Source: Folioceros fuciformis
Taxonomy: Eukaryota
Length of the DNA stretch: 64,000 nt
Reading direction: 5' to 3'
Assembly (NCBI GenBank): GCA_049999805.1
Contig: JBNGIO010006265.1
Coordinates: 115,161 to 179,160, forward strand
How positions within the stretch are numbered: position 1 is the first letter of the stretch; each line of letters starts with the position of its first letter. The notes below the pieces were generated by a model, which was not told the origin of the DNA, searched no databases, and was given only the letters and a program-made list of their open reading frames with translations. A program made the position numbers and the translations under genes. Below are positions 22,877 through 35,201 of the stretch, in pieces.

Positions 22877-23407
22877 TCAAGCGGTTGATTTAGAAGGACC
22901 ATGTACAAGAGTTGAATTGGAAGCATCCACTTTAAAAGGATCATGCTCAATACTTGAACTAGAAGCATTCACCTTCTTGCCACTCGTAGCTGTAGACCAA
23001 AGTTGCACACCATTACCATTGTACATCACCACATTACCGTCATCCTGCAAGATGATGTAATGAGCACCATCTTGGCCACAACAAGTTCCAGTGCTAAAAA
23101 TCGAAACATTAGCATCCGTGAAAAGATCGGCATTGCCATTCGTTCCCATCTTGAAGTAGCATCCTACGCCCTTGTTCGGAGTGTTGGTAGACCATATCGG
23201 TGTGTTTGTCTGTTGGTTGTAGAGTACCAAGTTGCAATCCGATTGCATGGTAAGTAAGTGAGGCCATAGTATCAAACCATCACTTGGAGACAATTGATAG
23301 CCCTCTATCAACACTTGACTGTTACAATGGGCAACCTGCACAAAGGAACCCAAAACGAGCAGCAATGTTGCAATATGCAACAAGATCATGACATTTAAGA
23401 CTGCCAT
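22877..23407 (-). CDS. Bulb-type (GNA-related) mannose-binding lectin, secreted, copy 2
   Basis: ATG at 23407 (MAVLNVMILL...); QSDCNLVLY and QDDGNVVMY; near-identical to copy 1 in the mature domain. Confidence 0.9.
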   Translation of the reverse strand: MAVLNVMILLHIATLLLVLGSFVQVAHCNSQVLIEGYQLSPSDGLILWPHLLTMQSDCNLVLYNQQTNTPIWSTNTPNKGVGCYFKMGTNGNADLFTDANVSIFSTGTCCGQDGAHYIILQDDGNVVMYNGNGVQLWSTATSGKKVNASSSSIEHDPFKVDASNSTLVHGPSKSTA

Positions 23408-24196
23408 TTCTAACAAGGGTAGATCGTGAATAAAAAGTAGTTGGTCACACGTGAGAACTTGAGAAGGTTCTCTACAAAGACACAACAATCAATGACATAA
23501 ATTGAGAGGAACTAGGACTCACATATGTAAAGGTTTGAGAACATATGACATCGCTAGATTTGTATTTTATCTCGATGAAACGATTTTTTTTATTTTTTTA
23601 AATAAAAAAATATTTCTTTTATAAATTATTTTTATGATGTATGTATTAACCAAAAATGATTCGCAACAAAATCCTATTTTTGTTTCAAGAATTTCTCTTA
23701 CTAGGCATAGCGAGTGGCATACCCTAAAAGGGTTATGTAAGAGAGTTAAACCCTTGACACAGAACTTTAGTACAATTAGTAAGACATGGGCCAAAGATGT
23801 CATTTACTATGGTATCATTAATACTACCTAATTTACAGATGTCTCTGCATCCTTCCATGTTCCTCATATCGGCATTAGAGATGTTTCTAGAAACAAACCT
23901 TAATAACTCCACCCCCTCATTATAATCATATTTTACACATGAACATGAATAAAATATAAGCATTTTCTTTCAACTAGATGTGAACACTCATTCTTTTTGT
24001 TGCTTATTAAGTTAATAAGATTTTTTGATCATAGAATAAGTTATATTTTCAATATTTAATAAATATCCCTATGCATCCCTATTCATCTTATGCATGATTT
24101 AATACAACTTTCTATACCAAGATTTGTGTTACAAAGAAAAGTCCATAACACCGATGAGATTTAGAAACCTAAGAACCTAAAAAAAATCACAGAGAA

Positions 24197-26229
24197 TCAA
24201 AACCTCTTGCGAGGATCATGAATTAAGTTACTTTCATCTCTCGATCTCTTATTACGTTTATGATACTTTCGTGCTTCTTTCCTTTCTTTCTTTTTCTGTT
24301 TCCTAGTTCTTTGGTTGTCTTCTATAGACCGCCTAGCAAGACTAGAGAATTTTGTTTCACACATAGTCGATGTAGTTTGGCTTGGACAACATGTGTCCCT
24401 CATATTATTGTAAACTGTAGGAGTACAAAGATCTGAAGATGTTGGTACAGGTGCAGGAGATTCACCGCCCACACCAATCCCATGTGTCATCCAAGCAGGT
24501 GTCACCATGGCTCTGCCTCTTCCAATACTTGTGGGCATACTCCAACCTGGAATTCCAATAGCTTGGGATTTACCTATTTCAAAATAAATAAATAAAAAGA
24601 TTTATTATGCTTCCCACATCTTGTGCATAATGTTATGCCCATAGTTGTGAAAGAATCATACTTGGACACAAGAACTATAAAACAAACAATGTGTATTCAC
24701 CCTTTTCAATAGAAGTTGCACAAAATGGTGGAAATCTTGGTTGCACCATTTGATTGCTTTCATATTCAGAACTAGTGCATTCTTCACGCATTTCGTGGTT
24801 ATGAGAAAATTTTGTGTGGCTTTCGAGTTTGTCATTCTCATGGTTGTCTAACCGAGCATATCCAACATTGTTTTTTTGCTGCATCATCATATCAAAAAAA
24901 TGATGTTGTTGTAATATACATCGTGCCAGAAACTTCAAGATTTGCGAACATCCCATGGTCTTATCATTGTAACTACTATCTTAAAGATCTCTACAAAAGA
25001 AAAAAGAACAAGAGTTTTTTGCACAGTGTTATCTCATCAAACTATTTCGATTATGATAAACTGGATTGTTGGATATTAGTACCTTTGAAGGTGCTTGCCA
25101 TGTAGTAGGCTTCATGGAGCTTCTTTCAAAGAAAACATTGTTTGGATCCAAATCCCTACCATCATCTTGGGATACAGACTTTATAGAGCAAAACAACTCG
25201 ACATCTTCCTTCTCTTGTTTTCGAGAAATTATTTTCACCCAAACCTCATCACCTTCATGTAAAATAGTAGAAATAGCACGGATCTTTTCACTGTCTTGGG
25301 CATCTCTTCTTACAATCTGTATCAATGTTCTAGAAGAATTTAGCTTTATTTACCATCAAGCTTCACAACTGTGCACAACAAGAAGAACAAAACTAAGCAA
25401 ATGAAGATTAGCAACAAGATAAAGTGCTTACCTCGTGATGGGTTATTTGAGTGTAGTGCACAAAACCTTGACATTTGAAACCACATATATCAACATAGAT
25501 ACCAAAAGGTTTGATGGAGAATACATTTGCTTTGTGAATGCTGTGAAGACGAGGTTCCATTACACAACCACCCCTTAAGCTTTCTTGCTTGTCAAATGAC
25601 TCCCATCTTTCCAATTCTGTTACACAACCACCCCTTGAGCTTCCTTGTTTGTCAATTGACTCCAATCTCCCTGTCTGCCCATCTTCATTATTCCATCGGT
25701 TGGAGATCAAATCGGGTATGATATATTGGTCATCATCTATGTTATTGCATTTCTTAACTCTTAGTTTATGTTCCCTTGTAGATGGTTGTGCACACTTCAA
25801 TTCCACAGCTTCGTTAGGGAAAGCTAAAGGTATATCTTCTGCTACCTTTCTTGAAGACAACTCATTGTGATATTTGTCTTGCGACTTATCAACATCTTCA
25901 TCCCTTCCCAATCGGAGTTGCAAACTAGTATCTTCTAGTTCATCTATTTTACAAACATTTTGTGTACCCTCATAAGCTTGATCCCAATTTTCTAGCAATC
26001 TAGCTTCTGTGGGATACTTTGTTTTCTTAATCCAATTTGTAGCATCTTCATCTATCATAAAATCCTTCATGTTGGCATCCTTTTGCTTTGGAGAGTTTAG
26101 TAAAACCTTTTTGTCGCTCAAGGTTCTTACACATGTATCATCAATCACATCTTCAAGATTTTCAGAGCAAGTTGGAGAACAACAAATTGTAGATCGCAAT
26201 GCACCCATTGAAATCTTCTCTAGTTTCAT
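24197..26229 (-). CDS. S1 RNA-binding domain protein (ZCCHC17/pNO40-like), multi-exon, divergent
   Basis: LHSIHKANVFSIKPFGIYVDI..FKCQGFVHYTQIT | ...EGDEVWVKIIS...SIKSVSQDDGRDLDPNN; basic C-terminus with GRGRAMVTPAWMT. Middle exon structure unclear. Confidence 0.7.
25560..25668. repeat. 60-bp coding tandem duplication (ES.DKQ.S.RGGCV.E x2)
   Basis: ttacacaaccacccctt... at 25560 and 25620. Confidence 0.85.
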
Positions 26230-27517
26230 GATTTACACTCCAATAAGCTCATATGACACACATGATTATGTGTCTTGTTCAATACTCAAGATGACGAAAA
26301 TCAAGAAGATAAGAAGCATGTGATATTGCTAATCCTTGTGGACATGATATACTACTGTTCTACATAAGTATGAGCTACAGTGATGAATGATCTTAACAAG
26401 TAGGTCCAACTCCTGTGAAGCAATTAATTCAAGTCTACTAACACCTGCTCACTTCTCTAGTCAAGAAAGAATACAAATTCTTGACCTAAACATATTATTA
26501 CATTTTTTGGCTAGAGTAGCATATTATTGTTATTTTTAAATAAGAGGGTTAAGAATTTGTAGATATGTAGACATGAGAAATCTTATCTACTAGAAAGATG
26601 AGGATCAAGACTTTAGGGGAACTTACACTAAAGGGACTAGGGTTGAGTTCCAATGCTGGCATAAACCCCCTCGAAAATTGCAATATCATAAAAAAAGGAC
26701 TATGGGCATCAATTGCCACTCTTCTCAAAGTATATTGAACATGGAGGTAGGGCTGCATTGTGTGTTGGGAGATTAGACATGGTGTGGTGTTGACACCTCT
26801 TGCCGCTTTGACAAGCTAATCCCTTGCAAGCTCTGGAAAGTATGTCATTAAACCCCACTAGAGTGAAGCCTGCACTTTTTGAACTCACTTTGGTTGTAGT
26901 CTTTGGCAAAACCTTCAGGCCCTCCCCCTCTTTCTCCCATGTGATTATTTAAACCAGATAACAAGAGGATTCCCACCAATTTATGTATACATGAAAGCTT
27001 TGGTAGGCCTACATGGAGTGTAAAACTTAATAGTATGTTGGTAGGTGTTGTGGGAATTTTTGTGACTATACTATTTTTCAGCTTGCACAATGAGAATTGA
27101 ACATGAAGGCTCCGAGCATGCTTGATGGGGCCTCACAAAGTTTTGTGGGCTAGGAATTTCAAAGCATGCTTTATGTCAAAAGATGCACAAATATCTTTGC
27201 TAGAGATGTTGTGGGCATCACTGGATATAGCTTAATCTAATGGAAGGAACCAAGTGAGGGAAAAAAAGTGTGCAACCAATGAAAGCAGAAAGACAATGTC
27301 CCATTGGGAAAAACGACTTTAAAACCTAAATCAAATTGGTGTAAAGGAGCAACACTCTCGCCTCATGTTCTACACAAAATTTTGATAAGAATCAATGCAA
27401 ATTGAAGATAATAAATCTATACTGTCTTCTGCAGTTGTCTAGTTGACTTGTTTCCAACTCGCAATTTTGTTCACTACCCACATTGTACTCGCAATTGCAC
27501 TATATTTTGTGCAATTG

Positions 27518-27540
27518 CCCTAAACCCTAAACCCTAAACC
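27518..27540 (+). repeat. Plant telomere-type repeat (CCCTAAA)3 / telo-box cluster
   Basis: ccctaaaccctaaaccctaaacc read directly. Confidence 0.85.
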
Positions 27541-27885
27541 TTGTAGACTACAATGTATTATTATGTGCCCATTAACACATTCAAGCACCTAATCTACAAT
27601 GTCGACTACTTATGTTCATCCAAAAGAGTGCTAAATGTAAACCATAGTCTTTGCTACTCTTACATTTATCCCAAGCACTGTTATCAACATATTGTAATCT
27701 CTCATATCAACATAGGTAAGATGAGCAACATAACTTTTGTTAGGATATGTAGACTCACACTCTCATCCACACTACTTGTACATGGCAAAGCCTTTAGTGC
27801 GGACCAAAAGTTGTCCTCATATTACAAGGCTCTATTGATTATCAGTTGAGCACAATGAAAGATGAGATGATTGTCAAGGATTAAG

Positions 27886-28284
27886 TCATGGTCGTGGTTG
27901 AAGCCATGTATGAAGAATGGACAACATATAACCTTGAATGAAAAATCTATCATCATTAAGGATAACATCGTCATCGTCATTACCATCTCGAGCGATATAA
28001 ACACGATCCACTTGGATAATTAATCCTCTGCAATATGGACATCGTTTTAACCGATAATTATCCAACCTATTCAGCCATGTATCAAGACAATGCTCATGGA
28101 AGGAGTGCCGACAGGAGTCTACTTGCATGATCTTGTCATGTTTGTTTATGTCTTCCAAACAAATAGTGCACTCCATCACTTCATCACCACTATAAATCCT
28201 TCTTGTCACATTTCCATTTCCACGCTTAACGACATTCCTATTATGCCTCACATTTCCATAGTTAATGTCATTGTCATTATCCAT
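27886..28284 (-). CDS. Small RING-H2 finger protein (putative E3 ligase)
   Basis: CTICLED...CRHSFHEHCLDTWL...CPYCR, a C3H2C3 pattern. Confidence 0.8.
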   Translation of the reverse strand: MDNDNDINYGNVRHNRNVVKRGNGNVTRRIYSGDEVMECTICLEDINKHDKIMQVDSCRHSFHEHCLDTWLNRLDNYRLKRCPYCRGLIIQVDRVYIARDGNDDDDVILNDDRFFIQGYMLSILHTWLQPRP

Positions 28285-29664
28285 CGTTAGCTAGCTAGAA
28301 CTCTTGTTGCTAGATTCTCTTAAGATAGTTAACCTTACGATTTTCTTCACACTTTGATGTATAAAATGTCTAGAATGACTTGCATATATAGCTATAAACA
28401 TGCTAAGTCTTTTTTTTTCCTCAGCACAATATTTGACTACCGAGAGAAAATGTTCTTTTCTTTAGACAAGAAGGTCCACCCAAGTTTGGTCCTGCTCTTT
28501 AACCTACATCTTTTTTTGTAAGTACATTCTTTTCCACTCTCCTGTGGGGTAATGCTTGTTGTACAATAAAGTTGTACAATAATCCACAATCCATCTTTCA
28601 TATATGACAAAATGAATGATATTTTTGATTATCCATTTTTTGACCGTTATTCATGGAATATCTATTTTTATCATATTTTTATATAACTAAAATACCTCAC
28701 AAAAACCCAAGACCACAACCTAGTTTACCTTGCGATATGTCTTGTCAACCAAAAAGACTCATCCTTTGCTACATCGAGAAAAACAGTAACCTGGTTCGAA
28801 TCCCAAAAACATTTACAGTATAAATATATATAAAATAAATGATCTTCTCCCAGGGGCCTTGCGTGTAGTTAAACGATGGCGCTAATGAGGTCAGGTACAT
28901 TGTAAGTTCATGCAATCTTACCATGTAGTCAAGCACGTAAATTGATGGAATGGCGTGTTGGAGTGGATAAGGTACAAACAGAAACTTGCAGAAACGCAAG
29001 ATTTCGCAGGTCGTCGTTGTACCGGTTAGCCGCAGCCATTGTTGTAGCCCTGTTCTCACAGACATTGACGGGCTAAACTGAAGCCCGTTATCTACCACAC
29101 ATTGCGCATGCAGGAAGACGGGACGGTGTGTAGAGTACGTATGTCTCTACAGGAATGAATAAGATCCCGTTCCAACGATGTGGGAAGAGTCTGCCCCGGG
29201 TTTGGTGGAGGATAATATTTTTGCATATTTTTATAGACCCGCCTGTGTGTCGGCCGAGTTGAAGTGGGGTGTACATGTTTAGATTAGGTTTTGGCGCGAG
29301 GTGATGAGAGACAGGGAGCGGAACGCGGATATATATAGCAAAAGAAGCTGACAGCTTTGTCCGGGGCAGCGGAAGGAGGAAGCAGGACTCGAGACTTGTG
29401 TCGAGTCTGGGCCTCGACTGCTCCGTCTCTCTTGCGTCGGCTTTCGGTAGCACAGGCTGGTCTCGCAGCCGAGTCGAGGTGGAGGCACGGGTGGTTCAGC
29501 GTGGCGCGGTTCCCGGCACCCTGCCCTTGAGGCTCGCACCGGAGGATGCTCGCAGGGAGGCGAAGCCGGCGCTGAGGGAGGGGGAATGTGGGTGAGGGTG
29601 CGGTGAGAGGGAGCCGGGCTGTGGGAGTTGATTTGGCGGGGGTGCGGGAGGAGGAGAGGTTGCG

Positions 29665-32600
29665 ATGGCGACGGGAGAGGCTGTCGACCCGGCGGAGAAG
29701 GCATTGGAGGAGAATGGAGAGCGTGAGGGGCTGGAGCAGGTGCGGGTGCGTCGTGGGTCTGGGGAGGGAGGATGTTTAGGCGTGGTGGGCGGGAGGGAGG
29801 AGGCGCTAATGATTGTTGGGTTGTTGGGTGTGGTAGGAGGATGACGTTTCGGCCATCGAGGAGGTTAATCTGACGGTCTCCACCAAGGATGATACCAGCT
29901 TGAAGGCGCTCACATTCCGCACCTGGGTTATCGGCGTGGTGATATGTGCCCTCTTGTCGTTCGTGAACCAGTTTTTCTGGTTCCGCTCCTCCCCGTTCGT
30001 CATCTCGGCGTTGGCCGGCCAGATTTTGTCCCTCTATCTGGGGCGAGCCATGGCCCGGCTGGTGCCCAACTGGAGGATTTTAGGGGTTGATTTGAATCCC
30101 GGGCCTTTCAACATCAAGGTGTTGCGTTGTTGTTGGGTCATTTTGGTGCTGGTGCGAGCTGATTGGGGAGGTCGGTTTCTTAAGGCTGGTCGGTTGTTGT
30201 TGCAGGAGCACGTGCTGATCACCATCTTCGCAAATTGTGGATATGCGTTTGGGAATGGCAACGCATATGCGATTGACATTGTCTCGCTCATCAAGTTGCC
30301 CGCCTTCTACGGGAAGGTGTGTGAGGCTTGGGAGTAGGTCGGCTGGTGCTGGTGGTTAGTCTCCTCGGAGTCTTTGTTTCATACTGTTTGTTGCATGTGG
30401 TGGATTGGAGACAGGACATCAATTTCTTCGCAGCTTTTCTGCTGGTGACTACGACTCAGGTGCTGGGATATGGATGGGCCGGCCTGCTGAGAAAGTATCT
30501 TGTGGTAAGGCGTTCGGTATCCGGTTGTGAGAAGCAGGAAGGTTGAGATTTTTGGGCAACCGTGTAACAGTGATGTCATTCGCAGGATCCAGCTCACATG
30601 TGGTGGCCGCAGAATCTGGTGAACGTGTCCTTGTTCAGGTGAGTTTGCTGACCTCACAACAGGCTGAAGGAGGAGCCGATCTGCAGTTGTTATTTCCCGT
30701 GCGATCTCATGAAACGTCGCCTTTTTCCTCTCCAGGACTTTGCATGAAGTGGAACCGAAGAAGGGGCTCACTCGCTTGCAGTTCTTTGCAATTGCTACGA
30801 TTTGTAGCTTTGCATGGTATCTGTTTCCCACTTATCTATTTGCTACAGTGACAAGCTTGTCATGGGTCTGCTGGGCATGGAAAGACTCTGTTACCGCTCA
30901 CCAGATTGGTTCAGGTCAGAGTCACCTGTTTCTTGGTTACACACTGCAAGCAGCGACACACGCCTGAGGCGAGGCGAGCCCAGCCGAGGCTTGTGGGCTC
31001 TTCTTTCCCGAGTAATTATACATGCTTCCAATGTGGCAGGTATCCGTGGGCTGGGAGCCGGGGCGATCGCCATCGACTGGGCCACCATCAGCTCTTTCCT
31101 CTTGTCCCCACTGGCATCCCCTTGCTTCGCAATCGTGAACATCGCAGTGGGGTTTGTGATTATGACGTACGTCATTGCCCCAGCGGCGTATTGGGGGAAC
31201 CTGTATGACGCCAAGACTTATCCCATCCTCTCGAGTTCTCTCTTTCAGAAGAACGGATCCCGCTACCCAATCAGAGAGGTAAGCTGTCATGGATTTTGCA
31301 CAAAAGTCTCGTTGCTTGCCAGGCTTTGCTTGCAGTGCACTGCTAACAACGCGTGCACCGAGATGTTCCCAGGTGGTCACATCTACCGGCCTCGACTTGG
31401 ACCTGGCAAAGTTCAAAGTCTTCGGCCCCCCTCGGCTGTCTGTCTTCTTTGCTGTATCATACGGCTTTGGCTTTGCTACACTGACTGCAACCCTGTCTCA
31501 TGTGTTCCTTTGGTACGGAAAGGAGATCAAGGACCGCTTCCTTGCCTCGAGTAAGATCCATGTCCGTATTGGCTTGGCATTTCGGAGGATGCTTTGTTCT
31601 CTTGTCACTAAATAACAGCAGCGTGGTCCAAATGCTCTTGGCAGGAGGGAAGGACATGCGGGAGGACGTCCACGTACGGCTGATGAAGAAGTACCCGGAC
31701 ATTCCTTCATGGTGGTTCTGGTCACTGTTAGCTATCAACATCGGCGTCGCCATTGCAGCGCTGGAAGGCTGGAATAGCGTGTTTCAGCTGAAATGGTGGG
31801 GACTTCTCATGGCTGTCGTCCTTTCCTTTGGTTTCACACTTCCCATCGGTGTCATCGCAGCTACAACCAACCAGGTCTTTTCCTTGCTGTCCGGCCCGTG
31901 TGCTTGCATTATAAGCACTGTCGTGCTGCCTGTACCTGCTGATGACTCCCTTGTTTCGATCATTGCATGCAGGTGCCTGGCTTGAACATCATCACCGAGA
32001 TGATCATCGGTTACTTGAAACCTGGCCATCCTATAGGCAACGCCTGTTTCAAAACGTATGGATACATCAGTATGACCCAAGCAGTCTCCTTCCTACAGGA
32101 CTTCAAACTCGGTCTCTACATGAAAATCCCACCTCGCCCAATGTTCTTAGTTCAGGTGCGCCTCTCTCGCCTCGTCGTAAAGCTGTCCCGACGGAGCTGT
32201 GCTCTGAAGTACCGTCGTTTGCAGGTGGTGGGAACAATCCTTGCAGGCTTGGTGAACTTAGGAGTAGCTTACTGGCTTTATGGCACCAAGGATAATCTCT
32301 GCGATCCAAGCAGTGGCACCTGGAGTTGCCCAAGTGCCAACACTTTCTTCTCGGCTACTATCATCTGGGGTCTTGTAGGTCCGAAGCGCATGTTTGGTTC
32401 CGAAGGGCAATACAAACAGTTGAACTGGTTCTTCCTCCTTGGAGCTTTGGCCCCTGTACCCGTCTGGCTCCTGGCGAAGGCATTCCCAAAGCACGAGGTA
32501 CGTTTGCTGAATTTGATGATGGAAGCCCCGTGGATTGAATCCCATGACACCTTCTGATAATGTTCGTTGTTTGCCACAGAATTCGCTGAGGAAGGTAAAC

Positions 32601-32921
32601 TTGCCCCTTGTACTTGGCGCAACAGCACTCCTGCCTCCAGCATCACCCATCAACTACACTTCGTGGATCGTGATGGGCCTCATTTTCAACTACTTCGTAT
32701 TCACCTACCGGAAGAGATGGTGGCAGCGATACAACTACGTGCTGTCAGCTGCTCTAGATACAGGGGTTGCTTTCGCTGGACCTTTGATTTATCTTGCTCT
32801 CCAGTATGAGGGCAAGCAAATATATTGGTGGGGCTATCCCACAGGAGCCACAGATCACTGTGACCTTGCCCAGTGCCCGACGGCTCGAGGAGTCTCAATC
32901 CCCGGCTGTCCCGTCTTCTGA
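29665..32921 (+). CDS. OPT: Oligopeptide transporter (OPT family), multi-exon
   Basis: [16 protein letters not shown], signature motifs [10 protein letters not shown] and [27 protein letters not shown], ending [15 protein letters not shown]. Confidence 0.95.
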
Positions 32922-33315
32922 TCCTACTGGATACCAAGTAGCGTCCCGCCTTTCCTTTGATTAGATTGTCAAATTATTGGAGGAGTTACTTAGCGTTCGT
33001 CACCAAAGTTCCCATCCGTGAATTTGTAGATAATCTTCTTGCTGCTACTGGATTACCGGTGGACGAGACGTTCGAGTTTTCTCCTGTAATGTAATGCTAG
33101 CTCTCTGTCATTCTTGTAGCTCATCTGTCTTTTGGCTTTGCTTCCAATGTCATACAATCCGAAGGTGGATCCTCCAATTCAACGATCTTCCTCCGCTGCT
33201 TGCAACCAATACCAGCAAAATGCTTGATATGTTCAAATGCGTTGGGCTCCATTCACCGACGTAAAACATCGTTGTCAAGACAGAGCACTGAAGGAGACTC
33301 CAAAGACTTTTAACG

Positions 33316-35036
33316 TCACATAGTCCGAATTGCAGGGCCCTCTTCTTCCAAGCCATCAACTTGATGAGTTTCATGGTTGTCACTATCGTCACCACTATCA
33401 CCGCTCTCGTCCTTGCCGTCTGGCTTTTGTCGCGACTTTCTAGAAGTCACCGAAAGAGGACGCAGTAGCACCCAGGCACGAGTGGGATCCAATCTTGGAC
33501 CCATCTCAATCTTGGACACATCCTTGAGCTGTGGTGCACCAACACAGGCACGAGTCACGCAGCCGGACCTTGACTTCGATCCACTTTTCGGGGTGCCATG
33601 GTTACTTACCAGATCAATCATTTTCTGCAGCTGCTGTAGAGGAACACCATCCGAAGGCTGGCCCTGGGTCAGAATCGTCACCTAGCAACAACAGGGCAGC
33701 CACCACCGTTCATTCCAGAGACATGTCCACAAGGCACCGGAAATGGTCTCCATGACCGTCAGGGGTTCACTGGGGTACAGTCACCTTGACTCTATGTCCC
33801 CGTTGTAAAGACCTTGTCGCCATCTCTGCCTTCATTTCCAAATCCTTCTGCTCCTGATAATTCAGAGCGAACTGTTTCAACCACTGCGCAAGAAAGGGCT
33901 AATTCCTCTTTGAACAAGAACAGGCAGACGTCAAAGGCTTGCTCACTGTTTTGAAGCCATATCGGATCTCCTTCATATCATCCAGTCGACGCTTCTCCAC
34001 CTGGCATGACATATCCTTGGTGAGAGCTGTCACCCATACATTCCACACTTCAATGATCACGGTCCATTCGAACATCCTACTATGCCCTATTGAACCCCGA
34101 ACCTGAGATCTTAGCAAGCCTAGTGACTGCATCACTGAATGCCAAGCACCTTCAAATCACTGTGTGGGAAGAATTTCCACGGACGTGCTGCTGTCCCAGC
34201 TTACAGAGGAATCACCAACAAGGTGCCGCAAACCTGCTTTTTACGAAGTTCCTTCTCACGTCGCTTCTCCTTAAACTTCTCTTTCTTGTAGTCCATGAGC
34301 TTGCAGACAACAGGATCAACCTTGCCATCAACCTGAAAGAATTGACAAGCTTTTACACATTAAAAAAAACCTCCTTCTAAGTGGGCAGGGTAGGAGCATT
34401 CCGAAGTCGGCTAGCATCAAACTGTCAATGCTTGTCGTTTCCACTTAGACCTCAGATGAGTACCTCAACAAGATCCAAACCCGCACGAGAGGCACGTTGA
34501 AGAGCCTCTGCCCTAGTCATAACCTCATGACTTTTCCCTGCCACAAACAGCACCATGCCGGCAAGCATTCTTCAGCGGGTCCACCAGAACCAGACAGCCA
34601 ACGCCACACCTTCCCAGGCACTCACTTACCGTCCTCGCCAACAAGACGGATGTTCCTGGCCACCACTGCTCTGTTAACGCGCCGTGGATCCTTCTCAGGT
34701 CCACTATTATCAGAAGGGATGGGTTTTTGCTTCCCGCCTTTCACCTACACGCAACAGACTGACTCTAATACCTGCTGAAAGGCAAGAATGGGAGGTAGCA
34801 ATGGACGTGAAGGCACCAAAACACCGCAATCCACTCACAATCGGAGCTGCATAGTTTCTGACTCCAATGAAGGAAGAATTCCGGTCAGGACCCAACGACA
34901 ATCCCCAGGCCAGTCCATCCTGAATCCTGCACGGGTGCCCGTTACCCACAAGCTCCTGCTTCCTCCCAGCCGCCGAGGCGGCGGCGCCGGCATCCACCAC
35001 GCGCACCAGCAGGCGCCAGTATGTCCTCTGCCTCAT
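33316..35036 (-). CDS. Organellar (probably mitochondrial) translation initiation factor IF-3, multi-exon
   Basis: Exons NRAVVARNIRLVGEDG | HEVMTRAEALQRASRAGLDLVE | VDGKVDPVVCKLMDYKKEKF | MKEIRYGFKT | EQKDLEMKAEMATRSLQRGHRVK; Arg/Ser-rich presequence. Confidence 0.85.
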
Positions 35037-35201
35037 CCTCTGCCCGTCACCATCACTAAACCTTTCCACATTCAGACACTCTCTCCCAGGAAAGGTTTTA
35101 GGGTCTTGGAACTGGAATGCTCCTCTCAAACCCTTGAGGTCGACGAGACAAGCTAGAAGCTTGTCAGTTTTAGAATAATCTGGGCGGTGGCAGCATCCGC
35201 C

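Noticed and set aside
26549-27250. Fragmented minus-strand ORFs upstream of the S1 gene
   Set aside because: Stops in all frames and no recognisable homology; cannot support a pseudogene call.
31040-31046. GTATCC motif in OPT as a possible U12 donor
   Set aside because: It follows an acceptor AG and is the start of an exon (GIRGLGAG).
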